A stretch of 64,000 nucleotides of DNA from Eledone cirrhosa (lineage: Eukaryota): NCBI GenBank assembly GCA_964016885.1, contig CAXHJY010000132.1:124001-188000 (forward strand), written 5' to 3'. Shown here in pieces: positions 24,501 through 37,499 of this stretch. Both the position numbers and the translations under genes were made by a program. The notes under the pieces are model-generated. The model was not told the origin of the DNA and ran no database searches. It was given only the letters and a program-made list of their open reading frames with translations. How positions within the stretch are numbered: position 1 is the first letter of the stretch; the number at the start of each line of letters is the position of its first letter.

Positions 24501-27500
24501 CCCAAAACTTCGTTCCTCACCAAGCTATCTTTCTCTACCTTCTCTTCCCTCAAAACTTCGTTCTTCACCAAGCTAACTTTCTCTACCTTGTCTTCCCTCA
24601 AAACTTCGTTCTTCATCAAGCAATCTTTCTCTACCTTGTCTTCCCTCAAAACTTCGTTCTTCACCAAGCTATCTTTCTCTACCTTGTCTTCCCTCAAAAC
24701 TTCGTTCTTCACCAAGCTATCTTTCCCTACCTTTTTTTCCCCCAAAACTCCGTTCTTCACCAAACTATCTTTCTCTACCTTGTCTTCCCTCAAAACTTCG
24801 TTCTTCACCAAGCTATCTTTCTATATCTTGTCTTCCCTCAAAACTCCGTTCTTCATCAAGCTATCGTTCTCTACTTTGTCTTCCCTCGAAACGTCGTTCT
24901 TCACCAAGCTATCTTTCTCTACCTTGTCTTCCCTCAAAACTTCGTTCGTTCTTCACCAAGCTATCTTTCTCTACCTTGTCTTCCCCCAAAACTTCGTTCT
25001 TCACAAGCTATCCTTCTCTACCTTGTCTTCCCTCAAAACTTCGTTCTTCACCAAGCTATCTTTCTCTACCTTGTCTTCCCTCAAAACTTCGTTCTTGATC
25101 AAGCTATCTTTCTATACCTTGTCTTCCATCAAAACTTCGTTCTTCACCAAGCTATCTTTCTCTACCTTGTCTTCCCTCAAAACTTCGTTCTTGATCAAGC
25201 TATCTTTCTATACCTTGTCTTCCCTCAAAACGTCGTTCTTCACCAAGCTATCTTTCTCTACCTTGTCTTCCCTCAAAACTTCGTTCGTTCTTCACCAAGC
25301 TATCTTTCTCTACCTTGTCTTCCCCCAAAACTTCGTTCTTCACAAGCTATCTTTCTCTACCTTGTCTTCCCTCAAAACTTCGTTCTTGATCAAGCTATCT
25401 TTCTTTACCTTGTCTTTCCTCAAAACTTCGTTCTTCACCAAGCTATCTTTCTCTACCTTTTTTCCCCCAAAACTTCGTTCTTCACCAAACTATCTTTCTC
25501 TACCTTGTCTTCCCTCAAAACTTCGTTCTTCACCAAGCTAACTTTCTCTATCTTGTCTTCCCTCAAAACTTCGTTCTTCACCAAGCTATCTTTCTCTACC
25601 TTGTCTTCCCCCAAAACATCGTTCTTCACCAAGCTATCTTTCTCTACCTTGTCTTCCCTCAAAACTTCGTTATTCACCAAGCTATCTTTCTCTACCTTGC
25701 CTTCCTGCAAAACTTCGTTCTCCATCAAGCTATCTTTCTCTACTTTGTCTTCCCTCAAAACGTCGTTCTTCACCAAGCTATCTTTCTCTACCTTGTCTTC
25801 CCTCAAAACTCCGTTCGTTCTTCACCAAGCTATCTTTCTCTACATTGTCTTCCCCCAAAACTTCGTTCTTCACAAGCTATCCTTCTCTACCTTGTCTTCC
25901 CTCAAAACTTCGTTCTTCACCAAGCTATCTTTCTCTACCTTGTCTTCCCTCAAAACTTCGTTCTTCACCAAGCTATCTTTCTCTACTTTGTCTTCCCTCA
26001 ACACATCGTTCGTTCTTCATCAAGCTATCTTTCTCTACCTTGTCTTCCCTCAAGACTTCGTTCGTCACCAAGCTATCTTTCTCTACATTGTCTTCCCCCA
26101 AAACTTCGTTCTTCATCAAGCTATCTTTCTCTACCTTGTCTACCCCCAAAACTTCGTTCTTCACCAAGCTATCTTTCTCTACCTTGTCTTCCCACAAAAC
26201 TTCGTTCTTCACCAAGCTATCTTTCTCTACCTTGTCTTCCCACAAAACGTCGTTCTTCACCAAGCTATCTTTCCCTACCTTGTCTTCCCTCAAAACGTCG
26301 TTCTTCACCAAGCTATCTTTCTCTACCCATTCTTCTCTCAAAACTTCGTTCTTCACCAAGCTCTCTTTCTCACCCTTGTCTTCCCTCAAAACTTCGTTCT
26401 TCACCAGGCTATCTTTCTCTACCCTGTCTTCCCCCAAAACTTCGTTCCTCACCAAGCTATCTTTCTCTACCTTCTCTTCCCTCAAAACTTCGTTCTTCAC
26501 CAAGCTAACTTTCTCTACCTTGTCTTCCCTCAAAACTTCGTTCTTCATCAAGCAATCTTTCTCTACCTTGTCTTCCCTCAAAACTTCGTTCTTCACCAAG
26601 CTATCTTTCTCTACCTTGTCTTCCCTCAAAACTTCGTTCTTCACCAAGCTATCTTTCCCTACCTTTTTTTCCCCCAAAACTCCGTTCTTCACCAAACTAT
26701 CTTTCTCTACCTTGTCTTCCCTCAAAACTTCGTTCTTCACCAAGCTATCTTTCTATATCTTGTCTTCCCTCAAAACTCCGTTCTTCATCAAGCTATCGTT
26801 CTCTACTTTGTCTTCCCTCGAAACGTCGTTCTTCACCAAGCTATCTTTCTCTACCTTGTCTTCCCTCAAAACTTCGTTCGTTCTTCACCAAGCTATCTTT
26901 CTCTACCTTGTCTTCCCCCAAAACTTCGTTCTTCACAAGCTATCCTTCTCTACCTTGTCTTCCCTCAAAACTTCGTTCTTCACCAAGCTATCTTTCTCTA
27001 CCTTGTCTTCCCTCAAAACTTCGTTCTTGATCAAGCTATCTTTCTATACCTTGTCTTCCATCAAAACTTCGTTCTTCACCAAGCTATCTTTCTCTACCTT
27101 GTCTTCCCTCAAAACTTCGTTCTTGATCAAGCTATCTTTCTATACCTTGTCTTCCCTCAAAACGTCGTTCTTCACCAAGCTATCTTTCTCTACCTTGTCT
27201 TCCCTCAAAACTTCGTTCGTTCTTCACCAAGCTATCTTTCTCTACCTTGTCTTCCCCCAAAACTTCGTTCTTCACAAGCTATCTTTCTCTACCTTGTCTT
27301 CCCTCAAAACTTCGTTCTTGATCAAGCTATCTTTCTCTACCTTGCATTCCCTCAAAACTTCGTTCTTCACCAAGCTATCTTTCCCTACCTTTTTTTCCCC
27401 CAAAACTCCGTTCTTCACCAAACTATCTTTCTCTACCTTGTCTTCCCTCAAAACTTCGTTCTTCACCAAGCTATCTTTCTCTATCTTGTCTCCAATCAAA

Positions 27501-30240
27501 ACTTCGTTCTTCACCAAGCTATCTTTCTCTACCTTGTCTTCCCTCAAAACTTCGTTCTTCACCAAGCTATCTTTCCCTACCTTTTTTTCCCCCAAAACTC
27601 CGTTCTTCACCAAACTATCTTTCTCTACCTTGTCTTCCCTCAAAACTTCGTTCTTCACCAAGCTATCTTTCTATACCTTGTCTTCCCTCAAAACTTCGTT
27701 CTTCACCAAGCTATCTTTCTCTACCTTGTCTTCCCTCAAAACTTCGTTCTTGATCAAGCTATCTTTCTCTACCTTGCATTCCCTCAAAACTTCGTTCTTC
27801 ACCAAGCTATCTTTCTCTACCTTGTCTTCCCTCAAAACTTCGTTCTTCACCAAGCTATCTTTCTTTACCTTGTCTTTCCTCAAAACTTCGTTCTTCACCA
27901 AGCTATCTTTCTCTACCTTTTTTCCCCCAAAACTTCGTTCTTCACCAAACTATCTTTCTCTACCTTGTCTTCCCTCAAAACTTCGTTCTTCACCAAGCTA
28001 ACTTTCTCTATCTTGTCTTCCCTCAAAACTTCGTTCTTCACCAAGCTATCTTTCTCTACCTTGTCTTCCCCCAAAACATCGTTCTTCACCAAGCTATCTT
28101 TCTCTACCTTGTCTACCCCCAAAACTTCGTTCTTCACCAAGCTATCTTTCTCTACCTTGTCTTCCCACAAAACTTCGTTCTTCACCAAGCTATCTTTCTC
28201 TACCTTGTCTTCCCACAAAACGTCGTTCTTCACCAAGCTATCTTTCCCTACCTTGTCTTCCCTCAAAACGTCGTTCTTCACCAAGCTATCTTTCTCTACC
28301 CATTCTTCTCTCAAAACTTCGTTCTTCACCAAGCTCTCTTTCTCACCCTTGTCTTCCCTCAAAACTTCGTTCTTCACCAGGCTATCTTTCTCTACCCTGT
28401 CTTCCCCCAAAACTTCGTTCCTCACCAAGCTATCTTTCTCTACCTTCTCTTCCCTCAAAACTTCGTTCTTCACCAAGCTAACTTTCTCTACCTTGTCTTC
28501 CCTCAAAACTTCGTTCTTCATCAAGCAATCTTTCTCTACCTTGTCTTCCCTCAAAACTTCGTTCTTCACCAAGCTATCTTTCTCTACCTTGTCTTCCCTC
28601 AAAACTTCGTTCTTCACCAAGCTATCTTTCCCTACCTTTTTTTCCCCCAAAACTCCGTTCTTCACCAAACTATCTTTCTCTACCTTGTCTTCCCTCAAAA
28701 CTTCGTTCTTCACCAAGCTATCTTTCTATATCTTGTCTTCCCTCAAAACTCCGTTCTTCATCAAGCTATCGTTCTCTACTTTGTCTTCCCTCGAAACGTC
28801 GTTCTTCACCAAGCTATCTTTCTCTACCTTGTCTTCCCTCAAAACTTCGTTCGTTCTTCACCAAGCTATCTTTCTCTACCTTGTCTTCCCCCAAAACTTC
28901 GTTCTTCACAAGCTATCCTTCTCTACCTTGTCTTCCCTCAAAACTTCGTTCTTCACCAAGCTATCTTTCTCTACCTTGTCTTCCCTCAAAACTTCGTTCT
29001 TGATCAAGCTATCTTTCTATACCTTGTCTTCCATCAAAACTTCGTTCTTCACCAAGCTATCTTTCTCTACCTTGTCTTCCCTCAAAACTTCGTTCTTGAT
29101 CAAGCTATCTTTCTATACCTTGTCTTCCCTCAAAACGTCGTTCTTCACCAAGCTATCTTTCTCTACCTTGTCTTCCCTCAAAACTTCGTTCGTTCTTCAC
29201 CAAGCTATCTTTCTCTACCTTGTCTTCCCCCAAAACTTCGTTCTTCACAAGCTATCTTTCTCTACCTTGTCTTCCCTCAAAACTTCGTTCTTGATCAAGC
29301 TATCTTTCTCTACCTTGCATTCCCTCAAAACTTCGTTCTTCACCAAGCTATCTTTCCCTACCTTTTTTTCCCCCAAAACTCCGTTCTTCACCAAACTATC
29401 TTTCTCTACCTTGTCTTCCCTCAAAACTTCGTTCTTCACCAAGCTATCTTTCTCTATCTTGTCTCCAATCAAAACTTCGTTCTTCACCAAGCTATCTTTC
29501 TCTACCTTGTCTTCCCTCAAAACTTCGTTCTTCACCAAGCTATCTTTCCCTACCTTTTTTTCCCCCAAAACTCCGTTCTTCACCAAACTATCTTTCTCTA
29601 CCTTGTCTTCCCTCAAAACTTCGTTCTTCACCAAGCTATCTTTCTATACCTTGTCTTCCCTCAAAACTTCGTTCTTCACCAAGCTATCTTTCTCTACCTT
29701 GTCTTCCCTCAAAACTTCGTTCTTGATCAAGCTATCTTTCTCTACCTTGCATTCCCTCAAAACTTCGTTCTTCACCAAGCTATCTTTCTCTACCTTGTCT
29801 TCCCTCAAAACTTCGTTCTTCACCAAGCTATCTTTCTTTACCTTGTCTTTCCTCAAAACTTCGTTCTTCACCAAGCTATCTTTCTCTACCTTTTTTCCCC
29901 CAAAACTTCGTTCTTCACCAAACTATCTTTCTCTACCTTGTCTTCCCTCAAAACTTCGTTCTTCACCAAGCTAACTTTCTCTATCTTGTCTTCCCTCAAA
30001 ACTTCGTTCTTCACCAAGCTATCTTTCTCTACCTTGTCTTCCCCCAAAACATCGTTCTTCACCAAGCTATCTTTCTCTACCTTGTCTTCCCTCAAAACTT
30101 CGTTATTCACCAAGCTATCTTTCTCTACCTTGCCTTCCTGCAAAACTTCGTTCTCCATCAAGCTATCTTTCTCTACTTTGTCTTCCCTCAAAACGTCGTT
30201 CTTCACCAAGCTATCTTTCTCTACCTTGTCTTCCCTCAAA
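21600..30240. repeat. Nested higher-order repeat: about 1.97-kb units within a 3905-bp duplication
   Basis: Offset 3905 for ORFs 21940/25845, 22068/25973, 23367/27272 and 24008/27913. Offset 1973 (41 monomers) for 22838/24811, 26743/28716 and 27272/29245. Shared markers TCACCCTTG, AAGCAATC and TCTCCAATC. Confidence 0.9.
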
Positions 30241-33200
30241 ACTTCGTTCGTTCTTCACCAAGATATCTTTCTCTACCTTGTCTTCCCCCAAAACTTCGTT
30301 CTTCACCAAGCTATCTTTCTATACCTTGTCTTCCCTCAAAACTTCGTTCTTCACCAAGCTATCTTTCTCTACCTTGTCTTCCCTCAAAACTTCGTTCTTG
30401 ATCAAGCTATCTTTCTCTACCTTGCATTCCCTCAAAACTTCGTTCTTCACCAAGCTATCTTTCTCTACCTTGTCTTCCCTCAAAACTTCGTTCTTCACCA
30501 AGCTATCTTTCTCTACCTTGTCTTCCCTCAAATCTTCGTTCTTCACCAAGCTATCTTTCTCTACCTTTTTTTCCCCCAAAACTTCGTTCTTCACCAAACT
30601 ATCTTTCTCTACCTTGTCTTCCCTCAAAACTTCGTTCTTCACCAAGCTATCTTTCTCTATCGTGTCTTCCCTCAAAACTCCGTTCTTCATCAAGCTATCG
30701 TTCTCTACTTTGTCTTCCCTCGAAACGTCGTTCTTCACCAAGCTATCTTTCTCTACCTTGTCTTCCCTCAAAACTTCGTTCGTTCTTCACCAAGATATCT
30801 TTCTCTACCTTGTCTTCCCCCAAAACTTCGTTCTTCACAAGCTATCTTTCTATACCTTGTCTTCCCTCAAAACTTCGTTCTTCACCAAGCTATCTTTCTC
30901 TACCTTGTCTTCCCTCAAAACTTCGTTCTTGATCAAGCTATCTTTCTCTACCTTGCATTCCCTCAAAACTTCGTTCTTCACCAAGCTATCTTTCTCTACC
31001 TTGTCTTCCCTCAAAACTTCGTTCTTCACCAAGCTATCTTTCTTTACCTTGTCTTTCCTCAAAACTTCGTTCTTCACCAAGCTATCTTTCTCTACCTTTT
31101 TTCCCCCAAAACTTCGTTCTTCACCAAACTATCTTTCTCTACCTTGTCTTCCCTCAAAACTTCGTTCTTCACCAAGCTAACTTTCTCTATCTTGTCTTCC
31201 CTCAAAACTTCGTTCTTCACCAAGCTATCTTTCTCTACCTTGTCTTCCCCCAAAACATCGTTCTTCACCAAGCTATCTTTCTCTACCTTGTCTTCCCTCA
31301 AAACTTCGTTATTCACCAAGCTATCTTTCTCTACCTTGCCTTCCTGCAAAACTTCGTTCTCCATCAAGCTATCTTTCTCTACTTTGTCTTCCCTCAAAAC
31401 GTCGTTCTTCACCAAGCTATCTTTCTCTACCTTGTCTTCCCTCAAAACTCCGTTCGTTCTTCACCAAGCTATCTTTCTCTACATTGTCTTCCCCCAAAAC
31501 TTCGTTCTTCACATGCTATCCTTCTCTACCTTGTCTTCCCTCAAAACTTCGTTCTTCACCAAGCTATCTTTCTCTACCTTGTCTTCCCTCAAAACTTCGT
31601 TCTTCACCAAGCTATCTTTCTCTACTTTGTCTTCCCTCAACACATCGTTCGTTCTTCATCAAGCTATCTTTCTCTACCTTGTCTTCCCTCAAGACTTCGT
31701 TCGTCACCAAGCTATCTTTCTCTACATTGTCTTCCCCCAAAACTTCTTTCTTCACCAAGCTATCTTTCTCTACCTTGTCTTCCCACAAAACTTCGTTCTT
31801 CACCAAGCTATCTTTCTCTACCTTGTCTTCCCACAAAACGTCGTTCTTCACCAAGCTATCTTTCCCTACCTTGTCTTCCCTCAAAACGTCGTTCTTCACC
31901 AAGCTATCTTTCTCTACCCATTCTTCTCTCAAAACTTCGTTCTTCACCAAGCTCTCTTTCTCACCCTTGTCTTCCCTCAAAACTTCGTTCTTCACCAGGC
32001 TATCTTTCTCTACCCTGTCTTCCCCCAAAACTTCGTTCCTCACCAAGCTATCTTTCTCTACCTTCTCTTCCCTCAAAACTTCGTTCTTCACCAAGCTAAC
32101 TTTCTCTACCTTGTCTTCCCTCAAAACTTCGTTCTTCATCAAGCAATCTTTCTCTACCTTGTCTTCCCTCAAAACTTCGTTCTTCACCAAGCTATCTTTC
32201 TCTACCTTGTCTTCCCTCAAAACTTCGTTCTTCACCAAGCTATCTTTCCCTACCTTTTTTTCCCCCAAAACTCCGTTCTTCACCAAACTATCTTTCTCTA
32301 CCTTGTCTTCCCTCAAAACTTCGTTCTTCACCAAGCTATCTTTCTATATCTTGTCTTCCCTCAAAACTCCGTTCTTCATCAAGCTATCGTTCTCTACTTT
32401 GTCTTCCCTCGAAACGTCGTTCTTCACCAAGCTATCTTTCTCTACCTTGTCTTCCCTCAAAACTTCGTTCGTTCTTCACCAAGCTATCTTTCTCTACCTT
32501 GTCTTCCCCCAAAACTTCGTTCTTCACAAGCTATCCTTCTCTACCTTGTCTTCCCTCAAAACTTCGTTCTTCACCAAGCTATCTTTCTCTACCTTGTCTT
32601 CCCTCAAAACTTCGTTCTTGATCAAGCTATCTTTCTATACCTTGTCTTCCATCAAAACTTCGTTCTTCACCAAGCTATCTTTCTCTACCTTGTCTTCCCT
32701 CAAAACTTCGTTCTTGATCAAGCTATCTTTCTATACCTTGTCTTCCCTCAAAACGTCGTTCTTCACCAAGCTATCTTTCTCTACCTTGTCTTCCCTCAAA
32801 ACTTCGTTCGTTCTTCACCAAGCTATCTTTCTCTACCTTGTCTTCCCCCAAAACTTCGTTCTTCACAAGCTATCTTTCTCTACCTTGTCTTCCCTCAAAA
32901 CTTCGTTCTTGATCAAGCTATCTTTCTCTACCTTGCATTCCCTCAAAACTTCGTTCTTCACCAAGCTATCTTTCCCTACCTTTTTTTCCCCCAAAACTCC
33001 GTTCTTCACCAAACTATCTTTCTCTACCTTGTCTTCCCTCAAAACTTCGTTCTTCACCAAGCTATCTTTCTCTATCTTGTCTTCCATCAAAACTTCGTTC
33101 TTCACCAAGCTATCTTTCTCTACCTTGTCTTCCCTCAAAACTTCGTTCTTCACCAAGCTATCTTTCCCTACCTTTTTTTCCCCCAAAACTCCGTTCTTCA

Positions 33201-36200
33201 CCAAACTATCTTTCTCTACCTTGTCTTCCCTCAAAACTTCGTTCTTCACCAAGCTATCTTTCTCTATCTTGTCTCCCCTCAAAACTCCGTTCTTCATCAA
33301 GCTATCGTTCTCTACTTTGTCTTCCCTCGAAACGTCGTTCTTCACCAAGCTATCCTTCTCTACCTTGTCTTCCCTCAAAACTTCGTTCGTTCTTCACCAA
33401 GCTATCTTTCTCTACCTTGTCTTCCCTCAAAACTTCGTTCTTCACCAAGCTATCTTTCTCTACCTTGCATTCCCTGAAAACTTCGTTCTTCACCAAGCTA
33501 TCTTTCTCTACCTTGTCTTCCCTCAAAACTTCGTTCTTCACCAAGCTATCTTTCTCTACCTTGTCTTCCCTCAAAACTTCGTTCTTCACAAGCTATCCTT
33601 CTCTACCTTGTCTTCGCTCAAAACTTCGTTCTTCACCAAGCTATCTTTCTCTACCTTGTCTTCCCTCAAAACTTCGTTCTTCACCAAGCTATCTTTCTCT
33701 ACTTTGTCTTCCCTCAAAACATCGTTCGTTCTTCATCAAGCTATCTTTCTCTACCTTGTCTTCCCTCAAGACTTCGTTCGTCACCAAGCTATCTTTCTCT
33801 ACATTGTCTTCCCCCAAAACTTCGTTCTTCATCAAGCTATCTTTCTCTACCTTGTCTTCCCTCAAAACGTCGTTCTTCACCAAGCTATCTTTCTCTACCT
33901 TGTCTTCCCCCAAAACTTCGTTCTTCACCAAGCTATCTTTCTCTACCTTGTCTACCCCCAAAACTTCGTTCTTCACCAAGCTATCTTTCTCTACCTTGTC
34001 TTCCCACAAAACTTCATTCTTCACCAAGCTATCTTTCTCTACCTTGTCTTCCCACAAAACGTCGTTCTTCACCAAGCTATCTTTCCCTACCTTGACTTCC
34101 GTCAAAACTTCGTTCTTCACCAAGCTATCTTTCTCTACCTTGTCTTCCCTCAAAACTTCGTTCTTCACCAAGCTATCTTTCTCTATCTTGTCTTCCCTCA
34201 AAACTCCGTTCTTCATCAAGCTATCGTTCTCTACTTTGTCTTCCCTCAAAACGTCGTTCTTCACCAAGCTATCTTTCTCTACCTTGTCTTCCCTCAAAAC
34301 TTCGTTCGTTCTTCACCAAGCTATCTTTCTCTACCTTGTCTTCCCCCAAAACTTCGTTCTTCACAAGCTATCCTTCTCTACCTTGTCTTCCCTCAAAACT
34401 TCGTTCTTCACCAAGCTATCTTTCTCTACCTTGTCTTCCCTCAAAATTTCGTTCTTGATCAAGCTATCTTTCTCTACCTTGCATTCCCTCAAAACTTCGT
34501 TCTTCACCAAGCTATCTTTCTCTACCTTGTCTTCCCTCAAAACTTCGTTCTTCACCAAGCTATCTTTCTCTACATTGTCTTCCCCCAAAACTTCGTTCTT
34601 CATCAAGCTATCTTTCTCTACCTTGTCTTCCCTCAAAACGTCGTTCTTCACCAAGCTATCTTTCTCTACCTTGTCTTCCCACACAACTTCGTTCTTCACC
34701 AAGCTATCTTTCTCTACCTTGTCTACCCCCAAAACTTCGTTCTTCACCAAGCTATCTTTCTCTACCTTGTCTTCCCACAAAACTTCGTTCTTCACCAAGC
34801 TATCTTTCTCTACCTTGTCTTCCCACAAAACGTCGTTCTTCACCAAGCTATCTTTCCCTACCTTGTCTTCCCTCAAAACGTCGTTCTTCACCAAGCTATC
34901 TTTCTCTACCTTGACTTCCCTCAAAACTTCGTTCTTCACCAAGCTATCTTTCTCTACCTTGTCTTCCCTCAAAACTTCGTTCTTCACCAAGCTATCTTTC
35001 TCTATCTTGTCTTCCCTCAAAACTCCGTTCTTCATCAAGCTATCGTTCTCTACTTTGTCTTCCCTCAAAACGTCGTTCTTCACCAAGCTATCTTTCTCTA
35101 CCTTGTCTTCCCTCAAAACTTCGTTCGTTCTTCACCAAGCTATCTTTCTCTACCTTGTCTTCCCCCAAAACCTCGTTCTTCACAAGCTATCTTTCTCTAC
35201 CTTGTCTTCCCTCAAAACTTCGTTCTTGATCAAGCTATCTTTCTCTACCTTGCATTCCCTCAAAACTTCGTTCTTCACCAAGCTATCTTTCCCTACCTTT
35301 TTTTCCCCCAAAACTCCGTTCTTCACCAAACTATCTTTCTCTACCTTGTCTTCCCTCAAAACTTCGTTCTTCACCAAGCTATCTTTCTCTATCTTGTCTT
35401 CCATCAAAACTTCGTTCTTCACCAAGCTATCTTTCTCTACCTTGTCTTCCCTCAAAACTTCGTTCTTCACCAAGCTATCTTTCTCTATCTTGTCTTCCCT
35501 CAAAACTCCGTTCTTCATCAAGCTATCGTTCTCTACTTTGTCTTCCCTCGAAACGTCGTTCTTCACCAAGCTATCTTTCCCTACCTTGACTTCCGTCAAA
35601 ACTTCGTTCTTCACCAAGCTATCTTTCTCTACCTTGTCTTCCCTCAAAACTTCGTTCTTCACCAAGCTATCTTTCTCTATCTTGTCTTCCCTCAAAACTC
35701 CGTTCTTCATCAAGCTATCGTTCTCTACTTTGTCTTCCCTCAAAACGTCGTTCTTCACCAAGCTATCTTTCTCTACCTTGTCTTCCCTCAAAACTTCGTT
35801 CGTTCTTCACCAAGCTATCTTTCTCTACCTTGTCTTCCCCCAAAACTTCGTTCTTCACAAGCTATCCTTCTCTACCTTGTCTTCCCTCAAAACTTCGTTC
35901 TTCACCAAGCTATCTTTCTCTACCTTGTCTTCCCTCAAAATTTCGTTCTTGATCAAGCTATCTTTCTCTACCTTGCATTCCCTCAAAACTTCGTTCTTCA
36001 CCAAGCTATCTTTCTCTACCTTGTCTTCCCTCAAAACTTCGTTCTTCACCAAGCTATCTTTCTCTACATTGTCTTCCCCCAAAACTTCGTTCTTCATCAA
36101 GCTATCTTTCTCTACCTTGTCTTCCCTCAAAACGTCGTTCTTCACCAAGCTATCTTTCTCTACCTTGTCTTCCCACACAACTTCGTTCTTCATCAAGCTA

Positions 36201-37499
36201 TCTTTCTCTACCTTGTCTTCCCTCAAAACGTCGTTCTTCACCAAGCTATCTTTCTCTACCTTGTCTTCCCCCAAAACTTCGTTCTTCACCAAGCTATCTT
36301 TCTCTACCTTGTCTACCCCCAAAACTTCGTTCTTCACCAAGCTATCTTTCTCTACCTTGTCTTCCCACAAAACTTCGTTCTTCACCAAGCTATCTTTCTC
36401 TACCTTGTCTTCCCACAAAACGTCGTTCTTCACCAAGCTATCTTTCCCTACCTTGTCTTCCCTCAAAACGTCGTTCTTCACCAAGCTATCTTTCTCTACC
36501 TTGACTTCCCTCAAAACTTCGTTCTTCACCAAGCTATCTTTCTCTACCTTGTCTTCCCTCAAAACTTCGTTCTTCACCAAGCTATCTTTCTCTATCTTGT
36601 CTTCCCTCAAAACTCCGTTCTTCATCAAGCTATCGTTCTCTACTTTGTCTTCCCTCAAAACGTCGTTCTTCACCAAGCTATCTTTCTCTACCTTGTCTTC
36701 CCTCAAAACTTCGTTCGTTCTTCACCAAGCTATCTTTCTCTACCTTGTCTTCCCCCAAATCTTCGTTCTTCATCAAGCTATCGTTCTCTACTTTGTCTTC
36801 CCTCAAAACGTCGTTCTTCACCAAGCTATCTTTCTCTACCTTGTCTTCCCTCAAAACTTCGTTCGTTCTTCACCAAGCTATCTTTCTCTACCTTGTCTTC
36901 CCCCAAAACCTCGTTCTTCACAAGCTATCTTTCTCTACCTTGTCTTCCCTCAAAACTTCGTTCTTGATCAAGCTATCTTTCTCTACCTTGCATTCCCTCA
37001 AAACTTCGTTCTTCACCAAGCTATCTTTCCCTACCTTTTTTTCCCCCAAAACTCCGTTCTTCACCAAACTATCTTTCTCTACCTTGTCTTCCCTCAAAAC
37101 TTCGTTCTTCACCAAGCTATCTTTCTCTATCTTGTCTTCCATCAAAACTTCGTTCTTCACCAAGCTATCTTTCTCTACCTTGTCTTCCCTCAAAACTTCG
37201 TTCTTCACCAAGCTATCTTTCCCTACCTTTTTTTCCCCCAAAACTCCGTTCTTCACCAAACTATATTTCTCTACCTTGTCTTCCCTCAAAACTTCGTTCT
37301 TCACCAAGCTATCTTTCTCTATCTTGTCTTCCCTCAAAACTCCGTTCTTCATCAAGCTATCGTTCTCTACTTTGTCTTCCCTCGAAACGTCGTTCTTCAC
37401 CAAGCTATCTTTCTCTACCTTGTCTTCCCTCAAAACTTCGTTCGTTCTTCACCAAGCTATCTTTCTCTACCTTGTCTTCCCTCAAAACTTCGTTCTTCA

